Source: Candidatus Moraniibacteriota bacterium
GTDB lineage: Bacteria; Patescibacteriota; Minisyncoccia; Moranbacterales; UBA1568
Direction: 5' to 3'
Length of the DNA: 64,000 nt
Assembly (NCBI GenBank): GCA_049287005.1
Contig: JBAQEZ010000003.1
Span: 329,745-393,744, forward strand
Of the stretch, positions 28,070-37,324 are shown one piece after another. How positions within the stretch are numbered: position 1 is the stretch's first letter; the number at the start of each line of letters is the position of its first letter. The notes beneath the pieces were generated by a model. The model saw only the letters and a list, made by a program, of their open reading frames with translations. It had not been told where the DNA came from and ran no database searches. The position numbers were made by a program, and so were the translations under genes.

Positions 28070-28963
28070 ATGACGACATTTCGGGAGCTGCTCCAAATGC
28101 AGTGGCACGCAAGGAAATTCGTCTGCCAGAGGCTCGTCGGTTATCCCGGCAATGGGCCGCAGGTGGAAAAATTCTGGAATGATAGCGATGAAAACGGAAG
28201 GATTGACGCCGCCAATATCACAATCGTGGAAGCGACCAGCGATATTGTTGGTTCCTACGCGTTGAACCTTGCCTTCTACATCGCGCACGGCGACGAGGGT
28301 ATGCATGCTTTGCGCCAGACTGCCTGGTATATTCGTTCCATCGCACCAGAAATTCTTATCATTCTCGACACCATGGATGTCGGCAATACTGATGCCGGCT
28401 CTGTGCGTATGGTATTTGAGTATTGCCAAGCAGACGCTATCATAGTGAATCCCTACCGCGGTATGGAAGCCGCGCAGCCCTTTCTGGATCAGAAAGACAA
28501 AGGTATTATCGTGCTCTGTCGCACGAGTACCGCAGGCGCAAGTGAGTTTCAGGATCTGATTGTGGGCGTTCCTGAAGGTAGCATCGAACCGCTTGTAGGG
28601 AGAGTCGGATCCGAAGTTCCAAAAACCATGCCGCTGTGGGAATATGTGGCGCATAGGGTATCACGGAATTGGAACGGGAATGGCAATTGTGCGCTCGTCG
28701 TCGGAGCTACGTATCCCCAAGAGCTCTCTCAAGTTCGAAGGATTGCCGGTGATATGCCGATGCTTATCCAGGATATCGGCTTTCGTGATGAAGACGTAGA
28801 AAAAACCGTCACAGCGAGTCAGGACAGTCGCGGCCAAGGGATAATCATCAATTCCCGCGGCAGTATATTCGTCATGAAAGGCTGGGATTTCGCTGAAGCG
28901 GCTCGTTCTGACGCGGAAAAGCTCCATAAGCTGATCAACCGATACTCACAAGAAGGAACTTAA
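28070..28963 (+). CDS. orotidine-5'-phosphate decarboxylase-fold protein (type-2 OMPDC-like paralog), atypical active site
   Basis: TIM-barrel OMPDC-like layout. ILDTMDVGNT stands where the catalytic LDxKxGDIGxT would be, with Met in place of the Lys. Ends NSRGSIFVMKG. Confidence 0.45.
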   Translation: MTTFRELLQMQWHARKFVCQRLVGYPGNGPQVEKFWNDSDENGRIDAANITIVEATSDIVGSYALNLAFYIAHGDEGMHALRQTAWYIRSIAPEILIILDTMDVGNTDAGSVRMVFEYCQADAIIVNPYRGMEAAQPFLDQKDKGIIVLCRTSTAGASEFQDLIVGVPEGSIEPLVGRVGSEVPKTMPLWEYVAHRVSRNWNGNGNCALVVGATYPQELSQVRRIAGDMPMLIQDIGFRDEDVEKTVTASQDSRGQGIIINSRGSIFVMKGWDFAEAARSDAEKLHKLINRYSQEGT

Positions 28964-29028
28964 ATATCGAGCAACCAGAAATCGATGATTCATCAACGCA
29001 GGTCCCTTGAACAGAAAAGGAAAAAGAC

Positions 29029-29823
29029 ATGAAAGCATATCCTTATGCAGATCGTTTGATCGTTGCGGCAGACTTTGTCCCGGTGACTAAATTCCCCGTT
29101 GTTGAAGTTCGCGCGAAGGTCATGAGCTTGGCCGAGCAGCTTGAAGGTCTCGGCGTCGGCTTGAAGCTGAATTCCGGTCTCCGAGTCATGGGCTATGATG
29201 TGCTGCGCGATATCACCTCGCTGGGATTGCACGGATTCGCTGACCTCAAGATCGTGGATATCGAAGAAACCATGGCAACTGACGGCAAATTTCTTGCTCA
29301 TTATCAGCCGCGTTACTTGACGGTGATGTGCAATGCCGGTGCTGTGGCGATTCGCGCCATCGCGAAGGAACTACCGAGTACGCGTGTCATCGGCGTCACC
29401 GTTCCCACCAATTGGGACGAAGCGACATGTCAGGGAGTTTATGGTTGCAGTATCCAAGAGGCAGTGATCCGTCTCGCAGGGATTGCCGCGGATGCTGATT
29501 TGCGCGACATCGTCCTCGCCGCCAAGGAAAACCAAGCAGTCCTGAAGTATGGAATTCTCGAGGGAGACAAATTCAAGCATCTCTGCTGCAACAACCCTGC
29601 CATACGTCCGGAATGGGGCAGGGTGAAACGCGACGATCAAGATCCGAAACGCGTTTCTACCGTCACGGGCGCTTTGCAAGCTGGCGCGCAGCGGCTCATC
29701 GTGGGGCGACCGATACTGACTGCGGTGAAGAATAATGAAGGGCTGCCGCAGAGTCCGAGGGAAGCGGTCATCAGAATCCTCGAAGAGATACATCAGTTTG
29801 TTGTTGAAGACAAGACATCCTGA
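29029..29823 (+). CDS. orotidine-5'-phosphate decarboxylase family protein (type 1)
   Basis: LIVAADF N-terminus, DLKIVDIEETM (DxKxxDI motif) and C-terminal LIVGRPI are the OMPDC signatures. Confidence 0.65.
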   Translation: MKAYPYADRLIVAADFVPVTKFPVVEVRAKVMSLAEQLEGLGVGLKLNSGLRVMGYDVLRDITSLGLHGFADLKIVDIEETMATDGKFLAHYQPRYLTVMCNAGAVAIRAIAKELPSTRVIGVTVPTNWDEATCQGVYGCSIQEAVIRLAGIAADADLRDIVLAAKENQAVLKYGILEGDKFKHLCCNNPAIRPEWGRVKRDDQDPKRVSTVTGALQAGAQRLIVGRPILTAVKNNEGLPQSPREAVIRILEEIHQFVVEDKTS

Positions 29824-29849
29824 AACCGACACGAACGAAAGGAAGTCCC

Positions 29850-30593
29850 ATGAGTATCAAGAAACCAGAAATTGTTTTAGGCGATGTTATCGCGACACTG
29901 AGACGCTGCGATGGGGTATACGAATGCCCGATGAGCACGGAAGGGAAACCTCTTGGCCCGCTGGTCGGTTATGCCGGCCAATACGAAGAGGGCGGAAAAC
30001 TCCTGAATTATGTGGGGTTCGTCTACTACAACGTCGGGAAGGGCGACCAGTGGTCGCATATCTCTTCGGGTTGGGCTATGCGTCATGCTCAGCTCCTGAC
30101 CAAGTATTCGCTTGATGTGTTGGTCGCTGCGCCGATGGGCGGTATCTCCTACATGTCGGTCCTCAAGCTCTATATTGATTGTTGCCGTGGCATCTTTGCC
30201 GAAAAGAAGGTGATCGAAGCGGCACAAGAGGGTAAACGGGAGAAATCCAAGCTCATTCTCGGCAGGTATGACATTTGCGAAGGCGATCGGGTTATCCTGC
30301 TCGAGGACATCGTCAATAACTTCTCGACGACGAAGCAGATGATCGAGCTTGTGGAAAATGCCGGCGGAAAAGTGCAGGCTATCGCTTGCGTGATCAATCG
30401 TTCTCTCAAGACCACGTACTGGGAGGCGCCTGCAAGAGATCCTCTTCCTGTCATCTGTTTGGAACACAGGCCGACGCCGCAATACCGGCAAGACGACCCG
30501 GTTGTGGCGGAATATATCGCTGTCGGAAACGTCATCATGAAGCCGAAAGACCGCTGGGCAGAACTGGTCGCAGCAGAAGCGGCATATGCCTGA
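29850..30593 (+). CDS. phosphoribosyltransferase (type I PRTase)-like protein, divergent
   Basis: RVILLEDIVNNFSTTKQMIELV resembles the PRPP-binding hhhhDD..TTG.T motif but lacks the Gly; follows the OMPDC paralogs. Confidence 0.45.
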   Translation: MSIKKPEIVLGDVIATLRRCDGVYECPMSTEGKPLGPLVGYAGQYEEGGKLLNYVGFVYYNVGKGDQWSHISSGWAMRHAQLLTKYSLDVLVAAPMGGISYMSVLKLYIDCCRGIFAEKKVIEAAQEGKREKSKLILGRYDICEGDRVILLEDIVNNFSTTKQMIELVENAGGKVQAIACVINRSLKTTYWEAPARDPLPVICLEHRPTPQYRQDDPVVAEYIAVGNVIMKPKDRWAELVAAEAAYA

Positions 30594-30756
30594 TTCTCAC
30601 GGACGGGACTGACAAAAGGGTACCGAGTGCATCGCACCACGGACCCTGTTTTTTTACCAAAAAATGCTGATACGAGTTATGATATACTTTATATATAATG
30701 ACTTTTATTTTTTCTTAAGCTAAAAAGCTACCAGCTAATCGCTATAAGCTACCCAT

Positions 30757-31470
30757 ATGTCCACTCTTATTTTTGATATCGAGACGGTCGGGGAGGATTT
30801 TGATAGCTTGGATGAGACCAGCCAAGATGTTTTGACGCGCTGGATCAAGAAGGAATCGGAGAGCGGAGGGGATTATACGGCGGCACTGGCGGATCTGAAA
30901 AACGGCATGGGCTTTTCGCCGCTCACCGGACAGATCGTGGCGATCGGCATCTATGACGCGGAGCGTGAGAAAGGCGCCGTTTATTTCCAATCGTCTTCCC
31001 AGGAGGAAGAAAAAAGTCTTGAGGGGCATGGCTGTAAATTGGTAGTGATGACGGAGAAAGAGATGCTGCGGAAATTTTGGAGCGTCGTGGAAAAGTATGA
31101 GACGTTCGTGACGTTCAACGGTCGGCAATTCGATGTGCCGTTCCTGATGGTGCGTTCGGCCATCCACGGCATCCGTCCAAGCAAGAATCTGCTCTCCAAT
31201 CGCTATCTCAATTCTCAACCAGGCAATGCGCGCCACATTGATCTCTTTGATCAGCTGACGTTTTATGGAGCCATGCGCAAGAAGGGGGGTCTGCATCTGT
31301 GGTGCCGGGCCTTCGGCATCGAAAGTCCGAAAACGCAGGGCGTGGATGGCGATGACGTGAAGGCGCTTTTTGAGAACGGCCAGAGCGCGGACATCGCTCG
31401 CTACAATGCCAGGGATCTGCGGGCCACGTACGAACTCTATACGTATTACACGCGTTTTCTCCAATTTTGA
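30757..31470 (+). CDS. DEDDy-type 3'-5' exonuclease (DnaQ/RNase T superfamily, PolB-exo/YprB-like)
   Basis: Exo I motif IFDIETVG, an internal acidic motif, and a C-terminal YNARDLRATYELY (Yx3D) motif. Confidence 0.65.
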   Translation: MSTLIFDIETVGEDFDSLDETSQDVLTRWIKKESESGGDYTAALADLKNGMGFSPLTGQIVAIGIYDAEREKGAVYFQSSSQEEEKSLEGHGCKLVVMTEKEMLRKFWSVVEKYETFVTFNGRQFDVPFLMVRSAIHGIRPSKNLLSNRYLNSQPGNARHIDLFDQLTFYGAMRKKGGLHLWCRAFGIESPKTQGVDGDDVKALFENGQSADIARYNARDLRATYELYTYYTRFLQF

Positions 31471-31552
31471 TCTTTGGGTTATTTCTCTTGTTTTTGGCTT
31501 TTTTTCTTGGTATACTTTCAATCATGTTCCGAATGATAGTAAACAATACGGT

Positions 31553-32629
31553 ATGCAAATTGAGAACGAATTAAAGGCTTTCAAGGCACGTCTCGATCCG
31601 AAAATCGGGGCGTATTTTGATACGGCGATTGCAAGAACGGGCAAAGAAGACGTGTTCGTAGCAGCTACCCTGGAGTATTCGCGCACCTTTATCCTCGCTG
31701 GCGGAAAGCGGCTGCGGGCAGCTTTCATGTACTATGGGTATCTGGGAGCGGGTGGCACCGAAGAGGAAAAAATCCTGGAGACTTCCATGAGCATCGAGTT
31801 GATCCATGCGTTCCTGCTCGTACATGATGATATCATCGACAAGGACGATACGCGGCACGGTGTGGCCACGCTCCATCAGCACTATGCGGACGCGGGGAAG
31901 CTCTTGTTTCATGGAAAGGATAACGCGCACTTCGGCAATGCTATAGCGATCATCATCGGCGATATGCTGGGCGCGTTCGGCAATGACATTATTTTTTCTT
32001 CCGCTTTTCCCTTGGAACAAAAATTCAAAGCGCTTACGAAACTTCAAGATATCGTTTCTTTCACCGTTATCGGGCAGGCGCAGGATGTCTATATGGAATA
32101 CATGGGTGAGGCGAGCGAAGCAGCCATCCTGGCCATGTATAGGAATAAGACGGCCAAGTACACTGTCGAGGGGCCGCTCTATCTTGGCGCGCTGCTCGCC
32201 GGAGCCTCTCAGGATCTGCTTGACGGATTCTCGGCGTATGCGGTACCGTTGGGTATCGCCTTTCAGATTCAGGACGATATTCTGGGGACTTTCGGCAATG
32301 CGAAGCGGCTCGGCAAGCCCGTCGGCTCTGACATCGCCGAGGGCAAGATCACGCTGCTGGTATCTCGGGCACTGCGGGATGGAACGGCAGAGCAAAAAAA
32401 ACGGATCCACGCGCTGCTTTCCCTGGGAGAACATCTCGAACAGCGGGACATAGAGGAATTCCGAGATATTATACGGGTGACGGGCGCTTTCGACAGTACT
32501 CGGGAGCTGGCAGCAGCATATATTGAAGAAGGCAAGCAGGCTCTCGGTGCGATACGCGCTATCTTGGATCCGCGCGCGTATGACTTTCTTTTTTCCATCG
32601 CAGAGTATATGATGGAACGTGAATATTGA
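31553..32629 (+). CDS. polyprenyl diphosphate synthase (trans-isoprenyl diphosphate synthase, IspA/GGPPS family)
   Basis: First Asp-rich motif LLVHDDIIDKDD and second FQIQDDILG. Start moved to the ATG at 31553 to remove overlap with the exonuclease gene. Confidence 0.85.
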   Translation: MQIENELKAFKARLDPKIGAYFDTAIARTGKEDVFVAATLEYSRTFILAGGKRLRAAFMYYGYLGAGGTEEEKILETSMSIELIHAFLLVHDDIIDKDDTRHGVATLHQHYADAGKLLFHGKDNAHFGNAIAIIIGDMLGAFGNDIIFSSAFPLEQKFKALTKLQDIVSFTVIGQAQDVYMEYMGEASEAAILAMYRNKTAKYTVEGPLYLGALLAGASQDLLDGFSAYAVPLGIAFQIQDDILGTFGNAKRLGKPVGSDIAEGKITLLVSRALRDGTAEQKKRIHALLSLGEHLEQRDIEEFRDIIRVTGAFDSTRELAAAYIEEGKQALGAIRAILDPRAYDFLFSIAEYMMEREY

Positions 32630-32641
32630 TTTTTCGCAACT

Positions 32642-33370
32642 ATGTCTTATCAGGAACCGACAACCGCACCAGTGGAGCTCCCACACCATATAGTCATCAT
32701 CCCGGATGGTAACCGGAGATGGGCGACTGAGCGTGGATTGGCAGCATGGGAGGGTCATGAGGCAGGAGCGAAAAATACGGAGAAGCTTATCCGTGCAGCA
32801 CAGCGTTTGGGTGTCAAGGAGATTTCTTTTTGGGGATCATCTTTGGAAAATCTCGTGAAGCGCCCCGTCCTCGAGAGCAAGGCTCTACTTCGTATTTATG
32901 GAACGTATTTCAAGCAGTTGTTGGAAAGCGAGGACATTCACAAGGACGAGGTCCGGATCCGTTTTATCGGGAGGTGGGAGGAACAATTTCCGGCCACGCT
33001 GAAGAAAATCATGCACGATTGCATTGAAGCGACCAAAAATTATAACAAGCGTTTCCTGAATTTTCTGTTGGCCTACAGCGGAGATGATGACATGCGCCAA
33101 GCCATCCAAAGGATAGCCGCAAGTCTCCCCGCTGGAGACACAGTGACAGACGCGGTCATCAAAGAAAACTTGATGACCAGGGATCTCCCGCCAGTCGACC
33201 TTCTGATTCGTACTGGGAGAGAACCCCATCTTTCGGCTGGTTTCATGATGTGGGATATAGCCAATACCCAGCTGTATTTTTCCGAGAAATATTACCCGGA
33301 TTTTGATGAGGCGGCTTTGCAGGAGGCTTTGGCTGATTATGCTTTGCGAGGGCGGCGTTTCGGGAAATAA
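32642..33370 (+). CDS. uppS: isoprenyl transferase (undecaprenyl diphosphate synthase, cis-prenyltransferase)
   Basis: HIVIIPDGNRRWA and the C-terminal RFG motif. Confidence 0.9.
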   Translation: MSYQEPTTAPVELPHHIVIIPDGNRRWATERGLAAWEGHEAGAKNTEKLIRAAQRLGVKEISFWGSSLENLVKRPVLESKALLRIYGTYFKQLLESEDIHKDEVRIRFIGRWEEQFPATLKKIMHDCIEATKNYNKRFLNFLLAYSGDDDMRQAIQRIAASLPAGDTVTDAVIKENLMTRDLPPVDLLIRTGREPHLSAGFMMWDIANTQLYFSEKYYPDFDEAALQEALADYALRGRRFGK

Positions 33371-33443
33371 ATTTTCTTGACAGGGAACCGGCCTTCCTGT
33401 AATCAAGAGATACGGTATTTCCCGTGTCATCTTGGAGGAAAAA

Positions 33444-33659
33444 ATGTCCGATGGAAAACAATACTTGCTTGAATGCGAACCGAGAGTTGCCGCTGCCGTG
33501 AAGATGGCGATTGAAGCGGGCGGAGCGCAAGGTCTTCGACAGTTGATCGACGACGAGACGGGATTCAGGGTTTTTCTTTTTCGTGGTTCATTCAAAGACG
33601 TGATGTCTGCCCGTATGGCGGGCGCACGGAGCGTGTGTTCTCTCGAATCGGAAGATTAG
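33444..33659 (+). CDS. small hypothetical protein (71 aa)
   Basis: GGAGGA RBS in front of the ATG at 33444; no recognisable domain. Confidence 0.35.
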   Translation: MSDGKQYLLECEPRVAAAVKMAIEAGGAQGLRQLIDDETGFRVFLFRGSFKDVMSARMAGARSVCSLESED

Positions 33660-33888
33660 CCCCTGAGGGTGGTTCAGCCAATGGCTAGCCAACCCTCACA
33701 TCAACTCAAAATGATGATGACAGAGAGTCCCGTAAGACCTGTCAGCTATGTTTGAAGCAGATCCACCGCTACCGCTTGATCTCGCGCGAATCCAGGGAAA
33801 ATCGGTCCTGATGACGCGATATCGGGCATAGCCGCCTACCGGCTTGCGCTTGCCGTTTCCGAGAACTGTTGCAAGAATTAGCGCGGGG

Positions 33889-33917
33889 TTGACAAAAATC
33901 CGAAGCTCGTCTAGAAT
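33889..33917 (+). promoter_or_regulatory. sigma70-like promoter for the infA-rpmJ-rpsM operon (TTGACA, 17 nt, TAGAAT)
   Basis: Consensus -35 at 33889-33894 and TAGAAT at 33912-33917. The ~155-nt leader contains the hairpin CTCCTCT...AGAGGAG followed by a T-run at 34008-34047. Confidence 0.55.
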
Positions 33918-34078
33918 AAGACTACATTTTGAAAAATTGCAGAGATTCAGAAGAAGAGTAACCATCAGCCGTATTTCACGAACGAGGATTGCTTACCAGA
34001 AACAAAACTCCTCTTTTTTTCGTTGTTAAAGCCAGAGGAGATTTTTTAGATTCTGAACATTGTACAGAGAAGCAATAT

Positions 34079-34300
34079 ATGGGAAATGACAAGGAGCTGA
34101 TCAAGGTTGAGGGGGAAGTTTTAGAAACTTTGCCCAGCACCACTTTCCGCGTGCGTCTCGACAATGGTCACGAAGTTCTGGCTCATATTTCTGGCCGCAT
34201 GCGTGTCCATTATATTCGGCTTTTGCCGGGAGATCGCGTAACGCTCGAAATGAGTCCTTATGATCTGTCCAAAGGGAGAATTATATTGCGCAATAAATAA
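34079..34300 (+). CDS. infA: translation initiation factor IF-1
   Basis: [58 protein letters not shown] is canonical IF-1. Confidence 0.95.
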   Translation: MGNDKELIKVEGEVLETLPSTTFRVRLDNGHEVLAHISGRMRVHYIRLLPGDRVTLEMSPYDLSKGRIILRNK

Positions 34301-34315
34301 ACATTACGAGAGTGT

Positions 34316-34429
34316 ATGAAAGTAAGAGCTTCAGTGAAAAAAATTTGTGTCCACTGCAAAATCGTCAAGCGTCGCGGTAAGGTGTTTGTCATTTGTATCA
34401 CTCCCAAGCATAAGCAGCGCCAGGGCTAA
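34316..34429 (+). CDS. rpmJ: 50S ribosomal protein L36
   Basis: [37 protein letters not shown] with the L36 zinc-ribbon pattern. It is too short to appear in the ORF track. Confidence 0.9.
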   Translation: MKVRASVKKICVHCKIVKRRGKVFVICITPKHKQRQG

Positions 34430-34449
34430 TAAAACAATCTTGTTTCAAT

Positions 34450-34839
34450 ATGATAAGAATTGCCGGAATTAACCTTCCAGATAACAAGAGAATAGAGGTC
34501 GCGCTGACCTATATTTATGGCATTGGTCTTTCTACAAGCCAAAAGATTCTCGAGGAGTTGACGATCGATGTCGATACTCGCGCGAAAGATATCACCGCTG
34601 AAGACGCGAACCGTTTGCGTGAAGTGATCGAGAAAAAGTTTCGCGTCGAAGGAGAGCTCCGGCATGTCGTCAAAAACAATATCAAGCGTTTGAAAGAAAT
34701 CGGCTGTTATCGCGGGACTCGCCATCAGAAGGGACTTCCTTCCCGTGGGCAGCGGACCAAGACCAATACGCGGACAGTGCGCGGTAACACCCGTAAGACG
34801 ATGGGTAGCGGACGGAAGAAATCATCTGACAAGACATAG
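34450..34839 (+). CDS. rpsM: 30S ribosomal protein S13
   Basis: [26 protein letters not shown] matches S13. Confidence 0.95.
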   Translation: MIRIAGINLPDNKRIEVALTYIYGIGLSTSQKILEELTIDVDTRAKDITAEDANRLREVIEKKFRVEGELRHVVKNNIKRLKEIGCYRGTRHQKGLPSRGQRTKTNTRTVRGNTRKTMGSGRKKSSDKT

Positions 34840-34940
34840 GACGGCTTCTTAGGTGGGTAGCTCGTAGCTTGTAGGGAAACCGAAAGGCAAGAGTGTTCCG
34901 CTAAAAAGCTAATAAGCTAAAAAGCTACACGCAGATAACT

Positions 34941-35387
34941 ATGGAAGAAGAAGTAAAAAAAACTGAAGATACGGGAGTCGCTCCAGAAGCTCCGGTCGGC
35001 GAAACGGCGGCTGTGAAAAAGACCAAGAAATCGAAACGTCAAGTTTTGAAAGGACGGGCGAGTATTCAGTGTACCTATAACAATACGATTATCACGATTG
35101 CTGATCTGAATGGTGCTGTTTTGGGCTGGTCTAGCTCCGGTCACTTGAGTTTCAAAGGTGCCAAGAAGTCGACTCCTTATGCGGCAACGCAAGTAGTCGC
35201 GGATGTCGCCGAGAAAGTGAAGAAATACGGTCTCCAGGAATTGGAAGTATTCGTGAAGGGTGTCGGTAGCGGGCGTGAAGCCTCGATCCGTGCTTTGTCC
35301 AACAACGGATTCAATCTGACCGGTATCAAAGATATTACGCCTATTCCGCACAATGGTTGTCGTCCACGTCGTCCACGTCGTATTTAA
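34941..35387 (+). CDS. rpsK: 30S ribosomal protein S11
   Basis: S11 core (ASIQCTYNNTIITIADLNG...GFNLTGIKDITPIPHNGCRP). Preceded by an AGCTA-repeat motif with no SD. Confidence 0.95.
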   Translation: MEEEVKKTEDTGVAPEAPVGETAAVKKTKKSKRQVLKGRASIQCTYNNTIITIADLNGAVLGWSSSGHLSFKGAKKSTPYAATQVVADVAEKVKKYGLQELEVFVKGVGSGREASIRALSNNGFNLTGIKDITPIPHNGCRPRRPRRI

Positions 35388-35418
35388 GACAGCCTTGAGC
35401 TGTTAGCTAAGAAAAACT

Positions 35419-36051
35419 ATGCCAAACAATATTGATTCCAAATGCAAACTCTGTCGCCGCGCCGGGGAAAAACTCTTTCTCAAGGGAGATCGTTGTTTGT
35501 CACCGAAATGTGCCATGGTACGCCGTCCGTATGCCCCGGGCATCCATGGTCACACTCCATCCCGTGGCGGTAGCGAATTCGGCAGACAGCTTGCGATGAA
35601 GCAGAAAATCAAGCGTCTCTACGGCGTGATGGAGCGTCAGTTCCGTCATCATTTTGATGAGGTACGCAAGACTCCTGGTATCACCGGCGATCAGCTCATC
35701 TCTCGTTTGGAACGACGGTTGGACAACGTGGTGTACCGGCTGGGATTCGCTGCTTCTCGCGCTCAGGCCAAGCAGCTCGTGAGTCACAAGATGTTTTCAG
35801 TGAATGGCACGCGTGTCAATATTCCTTCCTACGAAATCCGCGTCAACGATGTCATTACGCTGAAGGACAATAAGAAGGAAAAACAATTCTTCAAGAATCA
35901 GGAAGAAATTTTGAAAAATAAGAAAGATGTTCCTCATTGGTTGGCACTCGATGCCGAGAAGCAGACGGGGAGAGTGCTCTCTATGCCGGCTCGGGAAGAT
36001 GTCGGTGTCCGAGTGGACGCACAGATGGTTGTCGAATATTACTCGAAATAA
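35419..36051 (+). CDS. rpsD: 30S ribosomal protein S4
   Basis: N-terminal zinc ribbon CKLCRR...CLSPKC and the S4 domain. Confidence 0.95.
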   Translation: MPNNIDSKCKLCRRAGEKLFLKGDRCLSPKCAMVRRPYAPGIHGHTPSRGGSEFGRQLAMKQKIKRLYGVMERQFRHHFDEVRKTPGITGDQLISRLERRLDNVVYRLGFAASRAQAKQLVSHKMFSVNGTRVNIPSYEIRVNDVITLKDNKKEKQFFKNQEEILKNKKDVPHWLALDAEKQTGRVLSMPAREDVGVRVDAQMVVEYYSK

Positions 36052-36135
36052 TTTTAATTCATAATACCTAACAATGTTTCCGGTGAGCGGTCCATACGAA
36101 CAGGTCCGACAGTTCATCCGAAACCACTAAGCGGT

Positions 36136-36927
36136 ATGCAGATCATCACTTCTCCTCAAAAGCCGAAATACACGGCATTGGGAACGAATCATGGTAAGTT
36201 TGAAATCCTGGGCTGTTACCCGGGGTACGGTACGACCGTCGGGAACGCGATGCGTCGCGTGTTGCTTTCCTCTTTGGATGGCGCGGCTGCCAAGTCCGTG
36301 AAGATCAGGGGCGTGTCTCATGAGTTTTCTACTATTCCGGGCGTAATGGAGGATGTCGTGCAGATCATTCTCAATCTCAAGCAAGTCCGTTTCCGTCTTC
36401 ATGGAGATGATACGGTGAAAATAACTCTCAAGAGCAAGGGAGAAGGCGTCGTGACGGCAGGTGATTTCAAGACTTCGTCCGATGTCGAAGTAGTGAATCC
36501 GGATCAGGTTATCGCCACGCTTACCGACAAGAAAACGGAATTCGAAATGGAAGTTGAAGTGGATAAGGGCGTCGGTTATGTGCCGGTAGAAAGCCGTGAA
36601 CACGAAGATCGTGAAATCAGCGTGATCGCCATCGATTCCATCTATACTCCGGTCAAGCGCGTGAACTATGAGATCGAGAACATGCGCGTCGGCAAGCGAA
36701 CGGATTATGATAAGGTGACGCTGGAAGTGGTGACGGATGGCAGTATTTCGCCTGTGGAGGCGTTTGAAAAAAGCGTGGCTATTCTCGTCTCCCAATTTTC
36801 TTCCCTGACTGAAGTGGAGGGAGAAATTCCCGAAATGAAAGAAGAGAGCAGAACGGAAGAGGTCAAAGAGAAAAAAACCAAGAAGGTAACCAAGAAAAAA
36901 GCTGCCAAAGAAGAATCTGCTGAATAA
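36136..36927 (+). CDS. rpoA: DNA-directed RNA polymerase subunit alpha, N-terminal domain only (263 aa), Lys-rich tail
   Basis: Alpha-NTD dimerisation and assembly domain is recognisable. The protein ends in EEVKEKKTKKVTKKKAAKEESAE, with no visible alpha-CTD helix-hairpin-helix. Confidence 0.85.
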   Translation: MQIITSPQKPKYTALGTNHGKFEILGCYPGYGTTVGNAMRRVLLSSLDGAAAKSVKIRGVSHEFSTIPGVMEDVVQIILNLKQVRFRLHGDDTVKITLKSKGEGVVTAGDFKTSSDVEVVNPDQVIATLTDKKTEFEMEVEVDKGVGYVPVESREHEDREISVIAIDSIYTPVKRVNYEIENMRVGKRTDYDKVTLEVVTDGSISPVEAFEKSVAILVSQFSSLTEVEGEIPEMKEESRTEEVKEKKTKKVTKKKAAKEESAE

Positions 36928-36949
36928 TACTACCGAATAAAGAGAGTAT

Positions 36950-37315
36950 ATGAAACACAGACACGCGGGCCGCGTTTTGAGTCGCGGACGAAACCAACGT
37001 CGAGCATTGATCAAAACCTTATTGGGGAGCTTGATCATGCATGAACGGATTACGACGACTGAGGCCAAGGCTAAAGAAATCAAAAATTTCATCGATCAGA
37101 TTGTCAACAAGGCAAAAGTGGGAAGAGCTGATCCGATTCGGCGCGTCGCCATCATCCGCGAGTTTCAGGGCATGATTCCGGAAATGGCATCCAAGAAGCT
37201 GCTCGGTGAGTTCGGCGTACGTTTTGAAGAGCGGGTCAGCGGGTACGTGCGTATCGTGAAGCTCGAACGACGCAAGAGCGATGCCGCAGAAATGGCAATT
37301 ATTGAGTTTGTATAA
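36950..37315 (+). CDS. rplQ: 50S ribosomal protein L17
   Basis: MKHRHAGRVLSRGRNQRRALIKTL matches L17. Confidence 0.95.
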   Translation: MKHRHAGRVLSRGRNQRRALIKTLLGSLIMHERITTTEAKAKEIKNFIDQIVNKAKVGRADPIRRVAIIREFQGMIPEMASKKLLGEFGVRFEERVSGYVRIVKLERRKSDAAEMAIIEFV

Positions 37316-37324
37316 ACGAAACGT

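Noticed and set aside
31370-31552. Upstream start giving a 419-aa polyprenyl synthase
   Set aside because: It would overlap the exonuclease gene by 100 nt and adds a non-conserved N-terminus. The internal ATG at 31553 gives a canonical-length enzyme.
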